Positions 9,835 to 19,873 of a stretch of 64,000 nucleotides of DNA are shown piece by piece. How positions within the stretch are numbered: position 1 is the first letter of the stretch; each line of letters begins with the position of its first letter. The position numbers and the translations under genes are program-made. The notes beneath the pieces are model-generated. The model worked only from the letters and a program-made list of their open reading frames with translations, was not told the origin of the DNA and did no database searches. The DNA lies in contig CAVXJS010000014.1 of assembly GCA_963762145.1 (NCBI GenBank), positions 256,001-320,000 of the forward strand, written 5' to 3'. Source of the stretch: an uncultured Candidatus Rokubacteria bacterium. GTDB lineage: Bacteria > Methylomirabilota > Methylomirabilia > Rokubacteriales > CSP1-6.

Positions 9835-11046
9835 CTAGGCTAGGCCCTTCTCCTTGCAGGTGCGGTCGTACTCCTCGTTCGCCCCCACCTTGGCCACGAT
9901 ATCCATCAGGCCCCAGTCGCCCTTGGCCTTGTCGCGGCCCTTGACGATCCAGAGGTCCTGCATCGACTTGTTGTCGCACGCCCGCCACCACTGCTTGCCC
10001 TTGAAGTGGTCGTAGGTCGGGTTCTTGCGCAGCGCGTTCGCGACCGCGTCCGCGTCGGTGGACTTGGCCAGCTCCACGCCGCGAGCCACCTCGAGCACGC
10101 CGCTGTAGGAGTACGCGCCGTAGTCGCCCGGGGGCAGGTTGAACTTCTTCATCGAGGCGTCGACGAACTTCTTGGCGGTCGGGATCGAGTCCTGCAGCTC
10201 CCAGTACCAGTTGATGACGCCGTGCACGTCCTGGTAGAGCTCGGCTCCGCCTTCCTTGAGGTAGGAGATCCAGAGGAGGGGCTGCGCCATCTTCATGGTC
10301 TTCTTCATGCCGAAGCTGATCACCTGCTTGTGGAGCGCGATGTTGTCCGCGCCCGGCGCCACGTTCATGAGGACGTCCGGCTTGGCGGCCTGGATCTTCG
10401 GCAGGTGGGCGGAGAACTCGGCCGAGCCAAGCGGATACGGGGTGGCTCCGAGGAGCGTGCCGCCCGCCTTCTGCAGCGACTCCTGCAGCACCGCGTTGCA
10501 CTGCTTGCCCCACGCGTAGTCCGCGTAGACGATCCACCACTTCTTGCCGAGGTTCTCCGCCGCCCACTTGCCCATGACCCGACAGGTGATGGTGGGATTC
10601 AGCGCCTCGTGGAAGGTGATCGGGCTGCCGTCGGGCTTGGCGCTGATCTCGTCGGACTGGCTCGTCGAGATGTAGAGGACCTTGGACTTCTTGGTCTGCT
10701 CGTTGATGGCCATCTGCACGTGCGCGGCGAGGCCGCCCACGATGAAGAGCGCCTTGTCGTTCTCGATCAGCTCCTTGGTGCGCTGGGCGCCCACCGCCGG
10801 CTTGAGCTGGTCATCGCGGAAGAGCACCTCGACCTTGCGCCCCATGATCCCGCCCTGCGCGTTCAGCTGCTCCTCCGCCAGCTGCGCCCCGCGCTGCATG
10901 TCGGCGGCGAGGGCCGCGAAGGGGCCGGTCAGCGGGAGGGGGCAGCCGATCCGGAGCGGGTCCTTGCTCTGCGCCCGCAGGATGGCCGGGAAGGACAGGG
11001 CCGCGGCACCCGCCGCGGTGGTAGTCAGGAATGAGCGCCGATCCAT
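9835..11046 (-). CDS. Liv-family ABC substrate-binding protein with Tat signal
   Basis: MDRRSFL twin-arginine leader; PLTGPFA, RDDQLKP, ADYAWG. Confidence 0.9.
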   Translation of the reverse strand: MDRRSFLTTTAAGAAALSFPAILRAQSKDPLRIGCPLPLTGPFAALAADMQRGAQLAEEQLNAQGGIMGRKVEVLFRDDQLKPAVGAQRTKELIENDKALFIVGGLAAHVQMAINEQTKKSKVLYISTSQSDEISAKPDGSPITFHEALNPTITCRVMGKWAAENLGKKWWIVYADYAWGKQCNAVLQESLQKAGGTLLGATPYPLGSAEFSAHLPKIQAAKPDVLMNVAPGADNIALHKQVISFGMKKTMKMAQPLLWISYLKEGGAELYQDVHGVINWYWELQDSIPTAKKFVDASMKKFNLPPGDYGAYSYSGVLEVARGVELAKSTDADAVANALRKNPTYDHFKGKQWWRACDNKSMQDLWIVKGRDKAKGDWGLMDIVAKVGANEEYDRTCKEKGLA

Positions 11047-11102
11047 GGGTTGTCTCCTCTGCGTTGAGTGAGCGCGCCTCTTGCGGGGGTCAGGTGGCCG
11101 GT

Positions 11103-11131
11103 ATCATAGGAGGGCCGTCGGGCCGTGTCAA
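11103..11131 (-). promoter_or_regulatory. Sigma70-type promoter for the SBP/liv operon
   Basis: TTGACA (11131-11126)-N17-TATGAT (11108-11103); back-to-back with an extended -10 TGnTAAGAT (11135-11143) on the plus strand for tctC. Confidence 0.7.
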
Positions 11132-11172
11132 TCGTGTTAAGATGCCGCACCTTTACGAACCAGGAGGTGCTC

Positions 11173-12141
11173 ATGCTCCGCTTCGCGTCCAGCATCCTGA
11201 CCCTTGTGCTGCTCCTGCTTGCCGGCGCCTGGCCGGCCGCCGCCCAGTATCCGGAGCGGCCCCTCACCATTCTGACCGGCTACCCGGCGGGCGGCATGGT
11301 GGACATCGTCGCCCGCTCCCTGGCGGAAGGTCTCAAGAAGAAATACCCGAAGGGCGTCAGCATCGTCACCCGACCGGGCGCCGGCGGGTCGCTGGCGGTG
11401 GCCGAGCTGGTGCAGGCCAAGCCGGACGGCTACACGGTCATCCTGGCGCCGATCTCCACCCTGGTCATCCATCCGCAGCTCAACGACCTGCCGTACAAGA
11501 CGCCCGACGACTACGAATCGATCATCAATACCGTCGCGTTCTACTCGGTGATCGCGGTGAAGGCCGACGCGCCGTGGAAGACGATGCAGGAGCTCGTGGC
11601 CGCGGCCAAGGCCAGCCCCGGCAAGCTGCGGGCGGGCTCGCCCGGCGAGGGGACGTCGAGCCACCTGAACCTGGAAGAGCTCAAGCGCCTGGCCGGCGTG
11701 AACATCACCCACGTGCCGTTCGCGGGCTGGGGGGAGTCGAGCCCCGCGCTGCTCGGCGGTCACATCGAAAGCCTGGTGGCGCAGCCGGGCGAGGTGCGGC
11801 CGCTGGTCGAGGGGGGCAAGCTCCGCACGCTCATGGTCTTCCAGGCGAAGCGGAACCCGCTCTTCCCCGACGTCCCGACCGCCAAGGAGCTGGGGTGGGA
11901 CGCCGCGAGCGGCATCTTCTTCGTGGTGGTGGCGCCCAAGGGCACCCCGGGACCCGCGCTGAAGTACATCCACGATGCCACGAAGGCCGCGATGGAGGAG
12001 CCGCAGTTCATCACCATGGTCAAGCAGCGGGCCATCGAGATCGATTACCGCGCGGGAGATCAGCTCAAGGCGGATATCTGGAAGGAGTACAAGTTCCACA
12101 CCGAGGTGCTGACGCGTCTGGGGATGTTGAAGAAGAAGTAG
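11173..12141 (+). CDS. tctC: Tripartite tricarboxylate transporter substrate-binding protein (Bug/TctC)
   Basis: RBS AGGAGG; YPERPLT, PAGGMVDIVAR, PGAGG, KPDGYT, PDVPTAKELG. Confidence 0.9.
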   Translation: MLRFASSILTLVLLLLAGAWPAAAQYPERPLTILTGYPAGGMVDIVARSLAEGLKKKYPKGVSIVTRPGAGGSLAVAELVQAKPDGYTVILAPISTLVIHPQLNDLPYKTPDDYESIINTVAFYSVIAVKADAPWKTMQELVAAAKASPGKLRAGSPGEGTSSHLNLEELKRLAGVNITHVPFAGWGESSPALLGGHIESLVAQPGEVRPLVEGGKLRTLMVFQAKRNPLFPDVPTAKELGWDAASGIFFVVVAPKGTPGPALKYIHDATKAAMEEPQFITMVKQRAIEIDYRAGDQLKADIWKEYKFHTEVLTRLGMLKKK

Positions 12142-12145
12142 CTGG

Positions 12146-12592
12146 ATGACCGAGCGGCTCGTGGCCCTCGTCGTGGTCGCGGCCAGCGGTGCGTATCTGC
12201 TGAGCGGGCTCGCCCTGCCGCTCGGCACCACCGCGAAGCCGGGAGCCGGCTTCTTCCCGCTCGCCATCGGCGCATTCGGCGCGGTCTTGGCGCTGGTGTG
12301 GACGGTGACCGCGTTCCGGCGCGTCCCGGAGGCGGCGAAGGAGCCGGCCCTCGCGGCGGACGCGCAGGAGCGCGTCCTGGCCACCACGGCCGCCCTGATC
12401 GGGTTCTGCTTCCTCCTGCGGTGGGTGGGCTACCCGGTCGCCGCCCTCGTCTTCATGACGCTGCTCCTGCGGTGGCTCGGGGCCGGCTGGCGCTCGGCCG
12501 TCGTGACCGGCGTCGCCAGCGCCGCGGTGTCGTACTACCTCTTCGGCGTGCTGCTCAACGTGCCCCTCCCTCACGGCTTCCTGTTCGACTGA
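12146..12592 (+). CDS. tctB: TctB family small membrane protein
   Basis: PGAGFFP ... LFGVLLNVPLP; lies between tctC and tctA. Confidence 0.85.
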   Translation: MTERLVALVVVAASGAYLLSGLALPLGTTAKPGAGFFPLAIGAFGAVLALVWTVTAFRRVPEAAKEPALAADAQERVLATTAALIGFCFLLRWVGYPVAALVFMTLLLRWLGAGWRSAVVTGVASAAVSYYLFGVLLNVPLPHGFLFD

Positions 12593-12599
12593 GAGCCTC

Positions 12600-14117
12600 G
12601 TGGGACCACTCGAAGGTCTGGCGTACGGCTTCTCGATCGCGCTGACGCCGGGCAATCTGTTCGCCTGCTTCATCGGGGTGCTCATCGGCACGGTGGTCGG
12701 GATCCTCCCCGGGATCGGGCCGGTCGGCGCGATGGCCCTCCTGCTGCCGTCCACCTTCACGCTCGAGCCCGCGACCGCGCTGATCATGCTCGCGGGTATC
12801 TACTACGGCTCGATGTACGGAGGCTCCACCACCTCGATCCTGGTCAACGTGCCCGGCGAGGCGGGCTCGGTCGTCACCGCGATCGACGGGTACCAGATGA
12901 CCCGGAAGGGGCGCGCGGGCGCGGCCCTGGCCGTCGCGGGGGTGGGCTCCTTCGTGGCCGGCTCGCTCGGCGTGGTCGGCATCGTGCTGGCTTCCTCGTG
13001 GCTCGCCGACCAGGCGCTCCGCTTCGGTCCGCCCGAGTACTTCGCGCTGGCCTTCGCCGGTCTCCTGCTGCTCTCGCGCCTAAGCGGCGGCTCGGTGCTC
13101 CAGGCCTTCGTGCTGGTCGCGATCGGCCTCGCGCTCGGCACCGTCGGCATGGAGCCGATCTCGGCGGTCCGGCGCTTCACCTTCGGCTCGACCCAGCTCT
13201 CGCAGGGGGTCGAGCTGGTCCCGGTGATCATGGGGCTCTACGGCGTGGCCGAGGTGCTCCTGCTCGCCGAGGTGGGTGCCCGGCGCGCGAAGATCATCTC
13301 GGTGAAGCTCCGCGAGCTGATGCCGACCCGCGACGAGTGGCGCCGATCGGCGGCCCCGATCGCGCGCGGCTCGGTGGTCGGCTTCTTCACCGGCCTGATC
13401 CCGGGGCCCGCCGCGGTCCTCTCCACCTTCATCTCCTACGCGCTCGAGCGCCGGATCTCGAAGACCCCGGAGCGCTTCGGCCATGGGGCGATCGAGGGCG
13501 TCGCGGGCCCCGAGGCGGCCAACAACGGCGCCACCGCGGGCGCGATGGTGCCGCTGCTCTCCCTGGGGATCCCGTTCTCGCCCGCCACCGCCATCCTGCT
13601 GGGCGCGCTGGTGATCACGGGCATCCAGCCCGGCCCCCTGCTGATCAGCCAGCGGCCCGAGGTGTTCTGGGGCGTGGTTGCCAGCATGTACGTGGGCAAC
13701 GCGCTGCTGCTGGTCCTCAACCTCCCGCTCGTCGGGGTCTTCGTGAGCGTGCTGCGTCTGCCCCAGCACGTGCTCGCGACCATGGTCCTGCTGCTCTGCC
13801 TGGTCGGCGCCTACAGCCTCAACAACAGCCAGCTCGACCTGTGGGTGCTGGTCGGCTTCGGCATCTTCGGCTACGGGCTGCGCAAGCTCGCCATCGATCC
13901 CTCCCCGCTGGTCGTCGCGCTCGTGCTGGGGCCGATGATGGAGAAGACGCTCCGGCAGTCTCTCTTCATGGCGCGGGGCAACGTGCTGGAGATCGTGGGC
14001 CGGCCGCTCACCCTCACCCTGCTGATCCTGGGTCTGGCCGCCGTCGTCGCTCCGCTCGTGATGCGCCTGCTGCGCCGGAGAGCGATCAGCGTGGAGCCGG
14101 CTCAACCGGCTCGTTGA
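12600..14117 (+). CDS. tctA: TctA family large transmembrane protein
   Basis: GILPGIG, YYGSMYGGS, PEAANN, LGIP. Confidence 0.9.
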   Translation: MGPLEGLAYGFSIALTPGNLFACFIGVLIGTVVGILPGIGPVGAMALLLPSTFTLEPATALIMLAGIYYGSMYGGSTTSILVNVPGEAGSVVTAIDGYQMTRKGRAGAALAVAGVGSFVAGSLGVVGIVLASSWLADQALRFGPPEYFALAFAGLLLLSRLSGGSVLQAFVLVAIGLALGTVGMEPISAVRRFTFGSTQLSQGVELVPVIMGLYGVAEVLLLAEVGARRAKIISVKLRELMPTRDEWRRSAAPIARGSVVGFFTGLIPGPAAVLSTFISYALERRISKTPERFGHGAIEGVAGPEAANNGATAGAMVPLLSLGIPFSPATAILLGALVITGIQPGPLLISQRPEVFWGVVASMYVGNALLLVLNLPLVGVFVSVLRLPQHVLATMVLLLCLVGAYSLNNSQLDLWVLVGFGIFGYGLRKLAIDPSPLVVALVLGPMMEKTLRQSLFMARGNVLEIVGRPLTLTLLILGLAAVVAPLVMRLLRRRAISVEPAQPAR

Positions 14118-14455
14118 AGCGGAGGCGGTTGCCGAAGGGATCGGTCACCTCCATCACCCGGGCGTTCCACGGCGCGAGCTCGATGCCCGGGCGCATGAAG
14201 CGGTAGCCCTTCGCGGTGATCTCGCGGTGGTACCCGTCGAGGCCGGTGGTCTGCACGAGCACCGTCGAGCCCGGACTGGTGCTCGCTCAGGTGGAGCACG
14301 AGCCCGTCGCGCGAGACCTGTATGTAGAGCGGGGCCGTCTCCTCGAAGCGATGCTCCCAGTCCACGCGGAAGCCGAGGAAGCCCACGTAGAACTCCCGGG
14401 CCTTCGCGACGTCGAAGATGCGGAAGATCGGGATGGCGCGGAAGGTGGCGGGCAT
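14086..14455 (-). pseudogene. Glyoxalase/bleomycin-resistance family protein with a frameshift near 14278 (about 11-nt deletion or sequencing error)
   Basis: IPIFRIFDVAKAREFY...LHLSEH, then in another frame SPGSTVLV...DPFGNRLRFNE; the usual HGD linker is missing. Confidence 0.7.
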
Positions 14456-14459
14456 GGGC

Positions 14460-15125
14460 TCACTCGACCAGGCGGCCCAGGCAGCCCGCGAGGGCGCGCG
14501 GAGACTCGCAGAGGAGATCGACCCCGGCGCCCGCGAGCTCGCCGGGGTCGCCGTAGCCCCACGACGCGCCGATCGAGCGGATGCCGTTGACCTTCGCGGC
14601 CACGATGTCGCTGGCGCGGTCGCCGACCATGACCGAGGTGTCGGCCTGGACCACGCCCGCCTCGATCAGGTGCGCGAGCAGGTCCCGCTTGGCGTCGAAT
14701 CGTCCCCCCGGCTCGGCCCCGTAGATGCCCGCGAAGTGCCGGGTCAACCCGAAGTGCTCCACGATGCGCGCGGCCGCGTGCTGCAGCTTCGCGGTGGCCA
14801 CGAACAGGGTGCGCCCGGTGCGCGCGGCCGCGTCGAGCATCTCGGGCACGCCGTCGTAGACGCGGTTCTCGAAGAGGCCCACGTCGTCGTAGCGGGCGCG
14901 GTAGTGCGCGACGGCTTCCTCGATGAGCGTCGGATCCCGGGTGTCGAGCAGGGTCGACAGGGTGCCGCGCAGCGGCGGGCCGACGAAGGTCGTCAGCGCG
15001 TCGTTGTCGGGGCACGCGCGCCCGAGCTTGTCGAGCGCGTGTCGGATGCAGGCGGTGATGCCGGCGCGAGAATCGGTGAGCGTGCCGTCGAGATCGAACA
15101 GGATCGCGGGCCGGGAGCGCGGCAT
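14460..15125 (-). CDS. HAD-family hydrolase (phosphoglycolate phosphatase-like)
   Basis: FDLDGTLTDS, VATAK, MVGDRASD. Confidence 0.9.
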   Translation of the reverse strand: MPRSRPAILFDLDGTLTDSRAGITACIRHALDKLGRACPDNDALTTFVGPPLRGTLSTLLDTRDPTLIEEAVAHYRARYDDVGLFENRVYDGVPEMLDAAARTGRTLFVATAKLQHAAARIVEHFGLTRHFAGIYGAEPGGRFDAKRDLLAHLIEAGVVQADTSVMVGDRASDIVAAKVNGIRSIGASWGYGDPGELAGAGVDLLCESPRALAGCLGRLVE

Positions 15126-15189
15126 GGAAGCATGGTGCCACGAGTCGGAGCGGCGAGGCCATGCTATGCTCGGCCGACCGGGACATCAG

Positions 15190-16155
15190 ATGCGTCGGCT
15201 GGCCCTCGCCCTCCTGCTCGCGATTCTCGCCGCGCCGCTCATCGCGGCGGCGCAGACGCCCGGCAAGATCTATCGGGTCGGGGTCCTGTCGTACCTCACC
15301 CCCGACGTGCTCCAGCCCAATCTGGCCACGTTCCGGGAGGCGCTCCGGCTACAGGGCTACGTCGAGGGTCGGAACATCGTGTTCGAGGTGCGAACGTCGA
15401 GCGGACGTCTCGACGCCCTCCCGGAGCTGGCCGCCGAGCTCACCCGGCTCAACGTCGACGTGATCCTGGCGATCGCTCCGCTCGCGATCCGTGCGGCGCG
15501 CCAGGCCACCACCGCCATCCCGATCGTGATGGCCCTGGGAGACCCCGCCACGTTCGAGAGCCTCGCGCGGCCGGGCGGCAACGTCACCGGGGTCACCGCC
15601 CTGGCCGCCGAGCTGGCGGGCAAGCAGGTCGAGCTGCTGAGGGAAGCCCTGCCGCGGGTGACGCGGGTCGCGGTGCTCCGGAACCCCGAGCAGCCGGTTC
15701 ACGTGGCCAAGCTGAAGCAGGCGGAGACGGTGGCGCGGGCCCTGGGGATCCGGCTGATCGTGGTCGACGCGCGCGGTGCCGACGATTTCGACCCCGCGTT
15801 CGCCACGATCACGGCCGAGCGCGCCGAGGGGCTCATCGTGTTCGCGGACGGCGGGTTCCTGGCCCAGCGGAAGCGGCTCGTCGAGCTCGCCGCGCGGCTC
15901 CGCCTGCCCGCGGTCTACGCCTCGAACGGATTCTCGCAGGCGGGCGGCCTGATCGCCTACGTGCCCGACAACGCGGAGACGTATCGCCGGGCCGCGTCGT
16001 TCGTGGACCGGATCTTCAAGGGGGCGAATCCGGCCACGCTCCCGGTGGAGCAGCCGACCCGCTTCGAGCTGAGCGTCAATCTCGCGACGGCCCGGACCCT
16101 CGGGCTCACGATGCCCCAGTCCCTTCTCGTCCGCGCCGATCAGGTGATCGAGTAG
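15190..16155 (+). CDS. Orphan ABC substrate-binding protein (PF04392-like)
   Basis: Signal peptide; GYVEGRNI, SLARPGGNVTG, LPVEQPTRFEL, RADQVIE. Confidence 0.85.
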   Translation: MRRLALALLLAILAAPLIAAAQTPGKIYRVGVLSYLTPDVLQPNLATFREALRLQGYVEGRNIVFEVRTSSGRLDALPELAAELTRLNVDVILAIAPLAIRAARQATTAIPIVMALGDPATFESLARPGGNVTGVTALAAELAGKQVELLREALPRVTRVAVLRNPEQPVHVAKLKQAETVARALGIRLIVVDARGADDFDPAFATITAERAEGLIVFADGGFLAQRKRLVELAARLRLPAVYASNGFSQAGGLIAYVPDNAETYRRAASFVDRIFKGANPATLPVEQPTRFELSVNLATARTLGLTMPQSLLVRADQVIE

Positions 16156-16635
16156 CTACGTCGTCGTCCCCACCCCCGCGACCCGGATCTCCGTCTTCAC
16201 CGAGTTGGCGATGAAGCACTGCTCGTGAGCCAGATGGTGGAGGCGCTCCACGTCCGCCGGGGTCGGCTGCCGGTCGCCCCCGTAGACGATGCGCGGATTC
16301 AAGGTCGCCGCGCTGACCCAGAACGCGCCGCGCTCGTTCTTGCGCAGCACGCCCACCGCGTCGTCCTCGTAGGACGAGACGACGAATCCCTCGCGCATGG
16401 CCACGTAGAGGAACGTGAGCATGTGGCAGCTCGAGATCGCGGCCACGAACGCCTCTTCCGGATCCAGGCCGGCCGGGTTGGACCAGGGCGCGGGGATCAC
16501 GCCCGGCGAGGGCGAGCCGGGCACGGTCAGGCCGCCGTCGAAGGTCCACGTGTGCTCGCGCGAGTAGCGTCCCTTGAGGAACGCGGTCCCGTCGCCCACC
16601 AGCTTCCACCGCACCGCCGCCTTGTGCTCAGCCAT
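16156..16635 (-). CDS. OsmC family protein
   Basis: YSREH, DPEEAFVAAISSCHML, AHEQCFIANSV. Confidence 0.9.
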   Translation of the reverse strand: MAEHKAAVRWKLVGDGTAFLKGRYSREHTWTFDGGLTVPGSPSPGVIPAPWSNPAGLDPEEAFVAAISSCHMLTFLYVAMREGFVVSSYEDDAVGVLRKNERGAFWVSAATLNPRIVYGGDRQPTPADVERLHHLAHEQCFIANSVKTEIRVAGVGTTT

Positions 16636-17248
16636 GACGGGCCTCCTCGAGCCTCGCGATCTGGCGGTCGTGGACCCGGCTCAGGAGGAGCAGCGCGGTC
16701 GCCGCGCCCAGGAGCGCCACGAACATGTCCCATTGAGTGTCCCACTGATCGCCCTGCGTGCCCAGGAAGGCGTCGGCGCTCTCGCCGCCGAGCAGGGCGG
16801 CCCACCATTCGACGAGCTCGTAGAGCGCGCTGATCGCGAGGCACACGCAGAGCACCAGGAACGTGAGCCACTTGCCCGGCCGGAGCGGGGAGCGGCGGAT
16901 CAGCACCTCGCGCACCACGATGGCCGGCACCAAGCCCTGGGCGAAGTGGCCGAGCCGGTCGTACGGGTTCCGGGCGAGGCCGAGCGCGTCCTTCATCCAG
17001 AACCCGGCCGGGACCTCCGCGTAGGTGTAGTGCCCGCCCAGCATGAGGATCAGCGCGTGGACGAAGATGAGCCGGTAGGCGAGCGGGGTCAGCGGGAAGC
17101 GGCGCGCGGTCAGGGCCAGGACCGGGACCGCGATCAGGATCGGGGCCACCTCGAGCCACCACGTGGTCCGGTCATGCGGACCGATCCCGGAGAGAACGAG
17201 GAGGACGCCGCCGACGACGAGGAGAAGCCGCCGCTCTCTACCAGTCAC
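16628..17248 (-). CDS. DUF2238-type inner membrane protein
   Basis: GGHYTYAEVP, RNPYDRLGH, FLGTQGDQWDTQWDM. Confidence 0.85.
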   Translation of the reverse strand: MTGRERRLLLVVGGVLLVLSGIGPHDRTTWWLEVAPILIAVPVLALTARRFPLTPLAYRLIFVHALILMLGGHYTYAEVPAGFWMKDALGLARNPYDRLGHFAQGLVPAIVVREVLIRRSPLRPGKWLTFLVLCVCLAISALYELVEWWAALLGGESADAFLGTQGDQWDTQWDMFVALLGAATALLLLSRVHDRQIARLEEARHG

Positions 17249-17747
17249 CCGCGTACTCGGTGCGGTGCGGCGCGGCGAGGGCGAGCAGCCGGGCGCGGCG
17301 CAGCTCGAGGAGCTGGCGCGTGTGCAGCAGATCGTGCGCGGCCCAGGAGGCGGCCAGGTCCCCGGCGGTGATCGGCCCGAAGGACGCCTGGTACGTGCGG
17401 CTCCAGTCGGGGGTGGTGAGCGCGGCGAGCCAGGCCAGCGACTGCTCGCGCTCGCCGAGGAAGGCGCTCAGGGTCGCCCCGAGCTCGCGGTCGCTGTAGC
17501 CGCGTGCGGTGACCCAGCCCGCGGGATCGATGGGCGTCCACGTCTCGTTCGGCCGATGGAGAACCAGGTCGAGGCGCGGGCGAAAATCCTCGCGCTCCTC
17601 GTCGAGGAGATGGGCGACGACTTCCAGGATGGACCACGCCTCGGGGGACGGCCGTACGCGCGCCTCGGCCGGCGAGACCCCCGCCACGAGGCCCTGGATG
17701 GTCTCCGCGCCCTGGGCCAGCTCACGCCGGAGGACCTCGAGTCGCAT
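17238..17747 (-). CDS. DinB family protein
   Basis: WSILEVVAHLLDEE ... HDLLH. Confidence 0.85.
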   Translation of the reverse strand: MRLEVLRRELAQGAETIQGLVAGVSPAEARVRPSPEAWSILEVVAHLLDEEREDFRPRLDLVLHRPNETWTPIDPAGWVTARGYSDRELGATLSAFLGEREQSLAWLAALTTPDWSRTYQASFGPITAGDLAASWAAHDLLHTRQLLELRRARLLALAAPHRTEYAGDW

Positions 17748-17763
17748 GGACGTTGGGCCCCGC

Positions 17764-18942
17764 CTACTGGAACTCGAGGGTGGCCGCGCGCAGCCCGCAG
17801 AGGAGCTTCCCCGCGGTCTCGAGGCACCGGTCGTTCGAGGGCGGCATCACCGGGCCGGCGAGCGAGTCGCGGTGCCAGCGCTCCAGGGGCAGCTCCTTCA
17901 GGATGCCGCGCCCGCCCGCCAGGCGCATCGCCCGCTCGGTGGCCATCAGCCCCACGTCGGCGGCGAAGGTCTTGGCCTGGTTCACCGCGAGCATGGTGGC
18001 CTCGCGGTCGCCCGCCATCTTCACGCAGGCGGCCTCGTGCAGCAGGAGCCGGGCCGCGCGGATCTGGGTGCCCACCTCGGCCACCGTGCGCTGCACGAGC
18101 GGGTGATGGCTCATCGGCTCGGTGGAGGGCCGCTGGACCTTGGTGCGCGCGTACTCGGCCATGTACTCGAAGGCGGCCTCCCCGATGCCCAGGTAGACCG
18201 CGGCGTAGCCGAGCGCGAAGCCCTGGAGATCGATGGTCAGGTACTGGCCGGGCTGCCCGACCACGTTGCCGGGGTCCACCGCGCAGTCGTACCGGATGGT
18301 ATGGCTGATCGTGCCGCGCATGCCGGTGGCGTTCCAGGTGCCCTCGATCTTCACCCCGGCGTCGCGCCCCGGGATCATCGCGGAGATCACGCCGTCGCGC
18401 GCGCTGGTCTTGCCCGCCTGGATCCCGGTGATGAAGAAGTAGTCGGCCGCGTCGCCGAGCGAGCAGAACTGCTTCACCCCCGCCACCCGATACCCGCCGC
18501 CCTCCATCGGATGGAACACGGTGTTGAGCACGAACTTGTCGCGGAAGCTCTGCTCGGGCTCGCTGGTGATGGAGGCGATGCGCGCCCCGCGGCCCACGAC
18601 CTCGCCGAAGTAGCGGCGCTTCTGCTCCTCGGTGCCGAGCGCGGCCACGAAGGTGGTCACCGTCGAGTGCATGTTGAAGGTGAGGGCGGTGGCCGAGCAG
18701 CCCTTGGCGATCTCACGCAGGGCGTGCACGTAGGTGACCGGATCGGCGCCGACTCCGCCGTACTCGCGGGGGACCGTGAGCGCGAACAGGCCGGCCGCGT
18801 GCAGGTCCGCGTAGTTCTCGTACGGAAACGCGGAGTCGGCGTCGTACCGGGCCGCGCGCGGCGAGAAGCGCTCGCGCGAGAGGGTTGCCACCCGGTCGAT
18901 CACCGAGCGCTGCGCATCCGTCAGGGGCGGAAGAGGGAACAT
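17764..18942 (-). CDS. Acyl-CoA dehydrogenase-fold flavoprotein (paralog of 6321..7544)
   Basis: RAARYD, VPREYGG, NMHS, SEP, GMRGTIS, GGRG, ERWHRD. Confidence 0.85.
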   Translation of the reverse strand: MFPLPPLTDAQRSVIDRVATLSRERFSPRAARYDADSAFPYENYADLHAAGLFALTVPREYGGVGADPVTYVHALREIAKGCSATALTFNMHSTVTTFVAALGTEEQKRRYFGEVVGRGARIASITSEPEQSFRDKFVLNTVFHPMEGGGYRVAGVKQFCSLGDAADYFFITGIQAGKTSARDGVISAMIPGRDAGVKIEGTWNATGMRGTISHTIRYDCAVDPGNVVGQPGQYLTIDLQGFALGYAAVYLGIGEAAFEYMAEYARTKVQRPSTEPMSHHPLVQRTVAEVGTQIRAARLLLHEAACVKMAGDREATMLAVNQAKTFAADVGLMATERAMRLAGGRGILKELPLERWHRDSLAGPVMPPSNDRCLETAGKLLCGLRAATLEFQ

Positions 18943-19036
18943 GGCCCCGCTAGGGTAGCGCCCCTGCATGCGCCGGCGCAATCCGGCCGTCCAGCCGGAG
19001 GCCGCCGGCGCGCGGTGTGGTACTGTTACGGACGAT

Positions 19037-19873
19037 ATGGCCGCACGAAAACGCGAGGTTATCCCCGTCCGGCCCGACTTCCTGATCCTGGGCCTGGCCG
19101 CCGCCGGCTTCGCCATCGCCGCCTACCTCACCGGGCTCAAATGGATGGGCGGCAATGCCGCCTTCTGCCTGTCCGGCAGCGGCTGCGACATCGTGCAGGG
19201 GAGCCGGTACGGAACGCTCCTGGGCGTGCCGACCGCGCTCTGGGGCGCGCTGATGTACGCGGCCATCGGCGCGCTGGCCGCTCTCGGGTTCACCGCGCCG
19301 CGGTGGAGCTGGGCCTTCTACCTGGCCGCCGCGGGGGTCGGGGTCTCGCTCTACCTCACCGCGGTGTCGGTGCTGGTCATCCACGCCACGTGCGCCTACT
19401 GCCTGGCGTCGGGGGCGATCATGGTGGCGATCCTGGCGCTGCTGGTTCGCCGGCGCGCGGTCCTGCCGGGGCGCCGGAAGCTCTCCGCGCTCGTGCCCGG
19501 GGCCCTGGCCGCGGCGATCCTGGCGCCGCTCGGCGCCGCCTTCATCTACGCGGCGCCGGCGGGCGGCGGCGCCGGCTTCGAGGGCGCGCTGGCGCGGCAC
19601 CTGCGCGAGAAGGGCGCGGTGATGTACGGCGCGCACTGGTGCCCGCACTGCTCCGAGCAGAAGGCCCTCTTCGGCGACGCGGCCAAGGACGTGCCCTACG
19701 TGGAGTGTGCGACCGACACGGTCAACGGCCGCCCCGACCTCTGCGAGAAGGCCGGGGTGAAGTCCTTTCCGACCTGGGTGATGGGCGCCGAGCGCCTCAC
19801 CGGCGTGCAGTCGCTCAAGGCGCTGGCCACCTTCTCCAAGTTCGAACCAGAAGCGGCGCCGCCGCCGAAGTAA
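19037..19873 (+). CDS. Vitamin K epoxide reductase (VKOR) fused to a thioredoxin-like domain
   Basis: Loop cysteines C-x5-C (FCLSGSGCDIV), active-site CAYC, C-terminal YGAHWCPHC...FPTW. Confidence 0.9.
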   Translation: MAARKREVIPVRPDFLILGLAAAGFAIAAYLTGLKWMGGNAAFCLSGSGCDIVQGSRYGTLLGVPTALWGALMYAAIGALAALGFTAPRWSWAFYLAAAGVGVSLYLTAVSVLVIHATCAYCLASGAIMVAILALLVRRRAVLPGRRKLSALVPGALAAAILAPLGAAFIYAAPAGGGAGFEGALARHLREKGAVMYGAHWCPHCSEQKALFGDAAKDVPYVECATDTVNGRPDLCEKAGVKSFPTWVMGAERLTGVQSLKALATFSKFEPEAAPPPK

